From: Heterodontus francisci
Lineage: Eukaryota
Assembly (NCBI RefSeq): GCF_036365525.1
Contig: NC_090392.1
Location: 57,785,247 to 57,849,246, forward strand
Direction: 5' to 3'
Length of the DNA stretch: 64,000 nt
Positions 59,921 through 64,000 of this stretch are shown piece after piece. The notes beneath the pieces are model-generated. The model was given only the letters and a program-made list of their open reading frames with translations, made no database searches and was not told the origin of the DNA. Position 1 is the stretch's first letter. Every line of letters starts with the position of its first letter. A program made the translations under genes and the position numbers.

Positions 59921-62545
59921 TGGTGGTATAAGTGCAATAGATCGTGATGTGGAATCAGTTTGGGTGGAAATAAGGAAGAGCAAGGGGAAGAAGTCACAGG
60001 TGGGAGTCGTCTATTGGCCCCCGCAGAGTTGCTTCATTGTAGGACAAAGTATAAATCGGGAAATAACGGAGGCGTGTAAGAAGGGTGGTACAATTGTCAT
60101 GGGTGATTTTAATCTGCATATTGACTGGACAAATCAGATTGGCAGAGGTAACATGGAAGACAAATTTGTAGTGTGCATCAGGGATTGTTACTTACAGCAA
60201 TACATTGCAGAACCTATGAGGAAACAGGCTATTTTAAGTCTAGTAATTTGTAATGAGGTAGGATTAATAAGAGATATCGTAGTTAAGGATCCTCTAGGTG
60301 GTAGTGATCACATGGTAGAATTTCAAATTCAGTTTGAGGGCGAACAACTCGGGTCTGAAACCAGTGTCCTCAACTTAAATAAGGGCAATTACAGAGGTAT
60401 GAAGAAAGAGTTGTCTAAAGCAGGCTGGGAAAATAGACTAAGGGGAAGGTCAGTGGATGAGCAGTGGCAGATATTTAAGCAGATATTTCATAATGGTCAG
60501 CAAAAATTTATCCCGGTCAAAAGGAAGGACTCGATGAGAAGGATGAACCACCCGTGGTTAACAAAGGCGGTCAAGGAGAGTATCCAATCAAAAACTAAGG
60601 CATCCAAAGTGGCGAAAACTAGTGGTCGGCTAGAGGACTGGGACTCTTTTAGGAACCAGCAGCGGATGACTAAAAAGCTAATAAAGAGGGAGAAAATTGA
60701 TTCTGAAAGTAAATTGGCAAGAAATATAAAAACAAACAGTAAGAGCTTCTACGGGTATATAAAAAGAAAAAGAGTAGCTAAAGTGAGTGTGGGACCCTTG
60801 GAGGATGCGACTGGAGAATTGATAATGGGGAACAGGGAAATGGCCGATAATTTAAACCAATATTTTGCATCGGTCTTCATGGTGGAGGATACTATAAACA
60901 TCGCACAGATATCAGATAAGCAAGGAGCTAATGGGAGACAAGATCTTGTAACAGTCTATCACGAGGGATAAAGTATTTGACAAACTAATGGGACTAAAGG
61001 CACACAAGTCACCAAGACCTGAAGGCCTACATCCAAGGGTTTTAATGGAAGTGGCTGCAGAGATAGTGGAGGCATTGGTTGAAATATTCCAGAACTCACT
61101 GGATTCCGGGAGGGTCCCAGCGGATTGGAAAACCACTAACGTGATGCCCCTGTTCAAGAAGGGAGGGAGACAAAAAGCAGGAAGCTATCGGCCAGTCAGC
61201 CTAAAATTGATCATTGGGAAAATGCTAGAGTCCATTATTGAGGACATTTAGAAAAGCTTAATGCAATCAAACAGAGTCAATATGATTTTGTGAAAGGGAA
61301 ATCATGTTTGACAAATTCACTAGAGTTCTTTGAGGATATAACAAGCAGATTTGATAAAGGGGAACCGGTAGATGTAATGTATTTAGATTTCCAGATAGCA
61401 TTCGATAAGGAGCCACAAAAAAGATTATTGCACAAAATAGGAGCTCATGGTATTGGGGGTAATGTATTAGCATGGATTGAGGATTGGTTAACTCACACAA
61501 GACAGAGAGTCAGGATTAATGGGTCTTTTTCAGGTTGGGAAGACGTAACTAGTGGAGTGCCACAAGGATCAGTCCTAGGGCCTCAATTATTTACTATTAT
61601 CTATATTAATAACTTGGAGGAGGGAGCAGAGTGTAATATATCCATATTTGCTGATGATACAAAAATAGGTGGGAGGGCATGTTGTGAAGAGGACATAAGG
61701 AATCTGCAGAGGGGTATAGATACGTTGAGTGAGTGGGCACAAATTTGGCAGATGGAGTTTAATGTAGGAAAGTGTGAGGTCTTTGGTAGGAAGTATCAAA
61801 AGGCAGACTATTATTTAAATGGAGAGAGACTTCAAAAAAGTGCAGCACAGAGGGTTCTGGGTGTTCTTCTGCATTAAACACAAAAAGTTAGCATGCAGGT
61901 GCAGCAAGTAATTAAGAAGGCAAATGGAATTTCGGCCTTTATTGTTAGGGGGTTGAAGTTTAAAAATAGGGAAGTCTTGTTACAACTGTACAGGGTGTTG
62001 GTGAGGCCACACCTGGAGTACTGTGTACAGTTTTGGTCCCCCGTATTTAAGAAAGGATATACTGGCATTGGAGGCAGTTCAAAAGAGATTCCTGGGATGA
62101 AGAGGTTGACTTATCAAGAATGGCTAAACAGGTTAGGCCTTTATTCTTTAGAGTTTAGAAGAATGAGGGGTGATCTTATTGAAACTTACATGATTCTGAG
62201 GGAGCTTGACAGAGTAGATGTTGAGAATATATTTCCACTAGTGGCAGAATCTCGAACTAGGTACATAGTTACAGAATAAGGGGACACTCATTTAAAACTG
62301 AGATGCGAAGGAATTTCTTCTCTCAGAGGGTGGTGATTGTCTAAAATTCTCTACCGCAGAGAGTTGTGGAGGCTAGATCAGAGATAGTTTTTAAGGAGGA
62401 GGGAAATCGATTTTTGAAATCTCGAGGAGTTGATGGCTATGAGGAGCTGGCACAAAAGAGGAGTTGAGGTCTGGGGCAGATCAGCCATGATTTTATTGAA
62501 TGGCGGAGCAGGCCTGAGGGGCTGAATGGCCTACTCCTGCTCCTA
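59920..62545 (+). mobile_element. CR1 LINE, ~2.6 kb of ORF2 (APE end plus RT) and 3' tail, frameshifted
   Basis: VESVWVEI..VGVVYWPP..IVMGDFNLHIDW; YLDFQIAFDK; VTSGVPQGSVLGPQLF; IFADDTKIG; tail aatggcctactcctgctcctatttcttctgttcttatgttct. Confidence 0.95.
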
Positions 62546-63629
62546 TTTCTTCTGTTCTTATGTTCTCCAGGACATCACCCCAGCTCCAGAAGAGGGTCAG
62601 CAGGACAAAGGAGGACTCGGGACTTGGTAAGGGGGTGCCCTTGGTGTTGTGAAAGCAACAGGAAAAGTGGGCACTCACTGCCCAGGCTTTCAATGGGGTT
62701 GGCACCTCCTGGCATCATGTGGGTAGAAGACCAGGAGGAAAGACTGCCAAGTACAATTGGGTGGCCACCTGCTCAGAAGGAAGGCTGCAGCTGACAATGG
62801 GTGCATGACTGTCAGATTTTGGGTCCAGTGGCGATGAGGGGCAAAATCCTCCTCAGGAAGGGCACAACCCCAGGCAGAGGAAAGAGGGGCAGGAAGGCAA
62901 TAGACGTCAAACCCTCAACACAGGATCTACCGCTGAAGACAGAGTTACCTGAAGATGACTGAGAACCAGTGCTGCAAAACAAGGCAACTCTCCAGGCAAA
63001 TGGTCACAGGCATCTGTGCCCATGTCACCAAAGGGCTCGCAGCACTGGTCGCCATGCCTTGCCAGTGGCCATCAAAATTGCTGTGACCTTGAATTTTCAG
63101 CTCCTTCCAGGGATCAGCTGTGGGCCTGAGTGCCATCTCAAAAAGAGTTGCATACCACTGCATCTTGTTGGTCGCTGATGCTCTTTTTTTTGCCAGAGCT
63201 TGACAGCACATTCATTTAACAACAGACACTACCTCACAGGCACAGAGAGCAGTGGGTTTCGCCTCCATTGCTGGATCCCCCAGGATACAAGGGGCTTCTT
63301 GGCTCACAGTCGGCTTTATGAGGACTAGGCGCATACACAACATATCAAGTGAGCATGTGCAATCCCAAAACAGTCTTCAGGCTCCTCCAAAAGGAGTGCG
63401 TATGCAAAAGGACTGCTACGCCTAACAAGCAATCACTCTAGAGTGTTTATTCCTTTTATTTTTTTTAAGCAATTAATATGTCGTCACGGATTAAATTGAG
63501 AAGCTTTGTTAATTGACATTAGTAACTGCACCTTGGTGCTTTGGCTTTCAACAAAATAAACAGCCCTGCTGTGTGGGGCAAACATGTTCAGATTTGCAAG
63601 CGATAGGTTCAGGCCTCTAGTCATTCTTC

Positions 63630-63960
63630 CTACTTCACCCCGTGTTGAGTTTCTGATCTTCCGAACTTACCCACCTCCACCACCAGGTACTTGACCTTCT
63701 CCCTACCCATCCCCCACACCCACCACTGAGTTCCTGCCCTTCTCCACTCGATCTCCTGACCCTCTCTCCCCAACCTCCCCCAGCCCCCCCCACCACTGGT
63801 TCCTGACCTTCCTCCCCTGACCACCGAGTTCCTGATGTTCTCCACTCAAGTTCTTGACATGCCCCACATCACCAACCCAAGTTCCAGGTCTTCTTCCCCC
63901 TCGATCCTGACCTTCGCCCCTCCGAGTTCCTAGCCTCCCACTCTCCCAAATTCCTGGCAA
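63630..63960 (+). repeat. Degenerate pyrimidine-rich tandem repeat (ccacYgagttcctgaccYtctccc-like units)
   Basis: The motif ccact/ccaccgagttcctga recurs several times at ~25-45 bp spacing. Confidence 0.5.
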
Positions 63961-64000
63961 AAAACAGCTGGGAGGAAAGGTAGTTCAGGATTCAGGCTCT

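Noticed and set aside
59904-60971. 355-aa ORF as a host gene
   Set aside because: It is the APE/linker part of CR1 ORF2; the start codon comes from flanking sequence and downstream frames are broken.

Overview
Repeat-rich vertebrate genomic DNA. The repeat content (abundant CR1 and L2 LINEs, a Deu-domain SINE, Penelope and Harbinger elements) points to a cartilaginous fish such as a shark; this is an inference. The only host gene I can support is the 3' part of an otoancorin (OTOA)/mesothelin/stereocilin-family gene on the + strand. Six coding exons (6703-20711) splice in frame to 250 aa ending in a GPI-anchor signal, and one intron probably uses a GC donor. The rest is decayed mobile DNA: (1) a four-level nest of elements in the last intron; (2) a two-gene Harbinger (transposase plus spliced Myb/SANT gene), a Myb-only derivative and many MITEs; (3) an inverted Penelope pair whose tail carries a degenerate minimal hammerhead ribozyme, plus short fold-back derivatives of that tail; (4) a ~4.9 kb G-rich minisatellite with 1115-bp and 312-bp higher-order duplications that grew inside an old L2; (5) solo LTRs with 4-bp target-site duplications (TSDs); (6) a well-preserved RTE fragment. 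No prokaryotic-type system, CRISPR array, rRNA or true tRNA gene was seen. Exon, TSD and motif coordinates were counted by hand; repeat boundaries are approximate.
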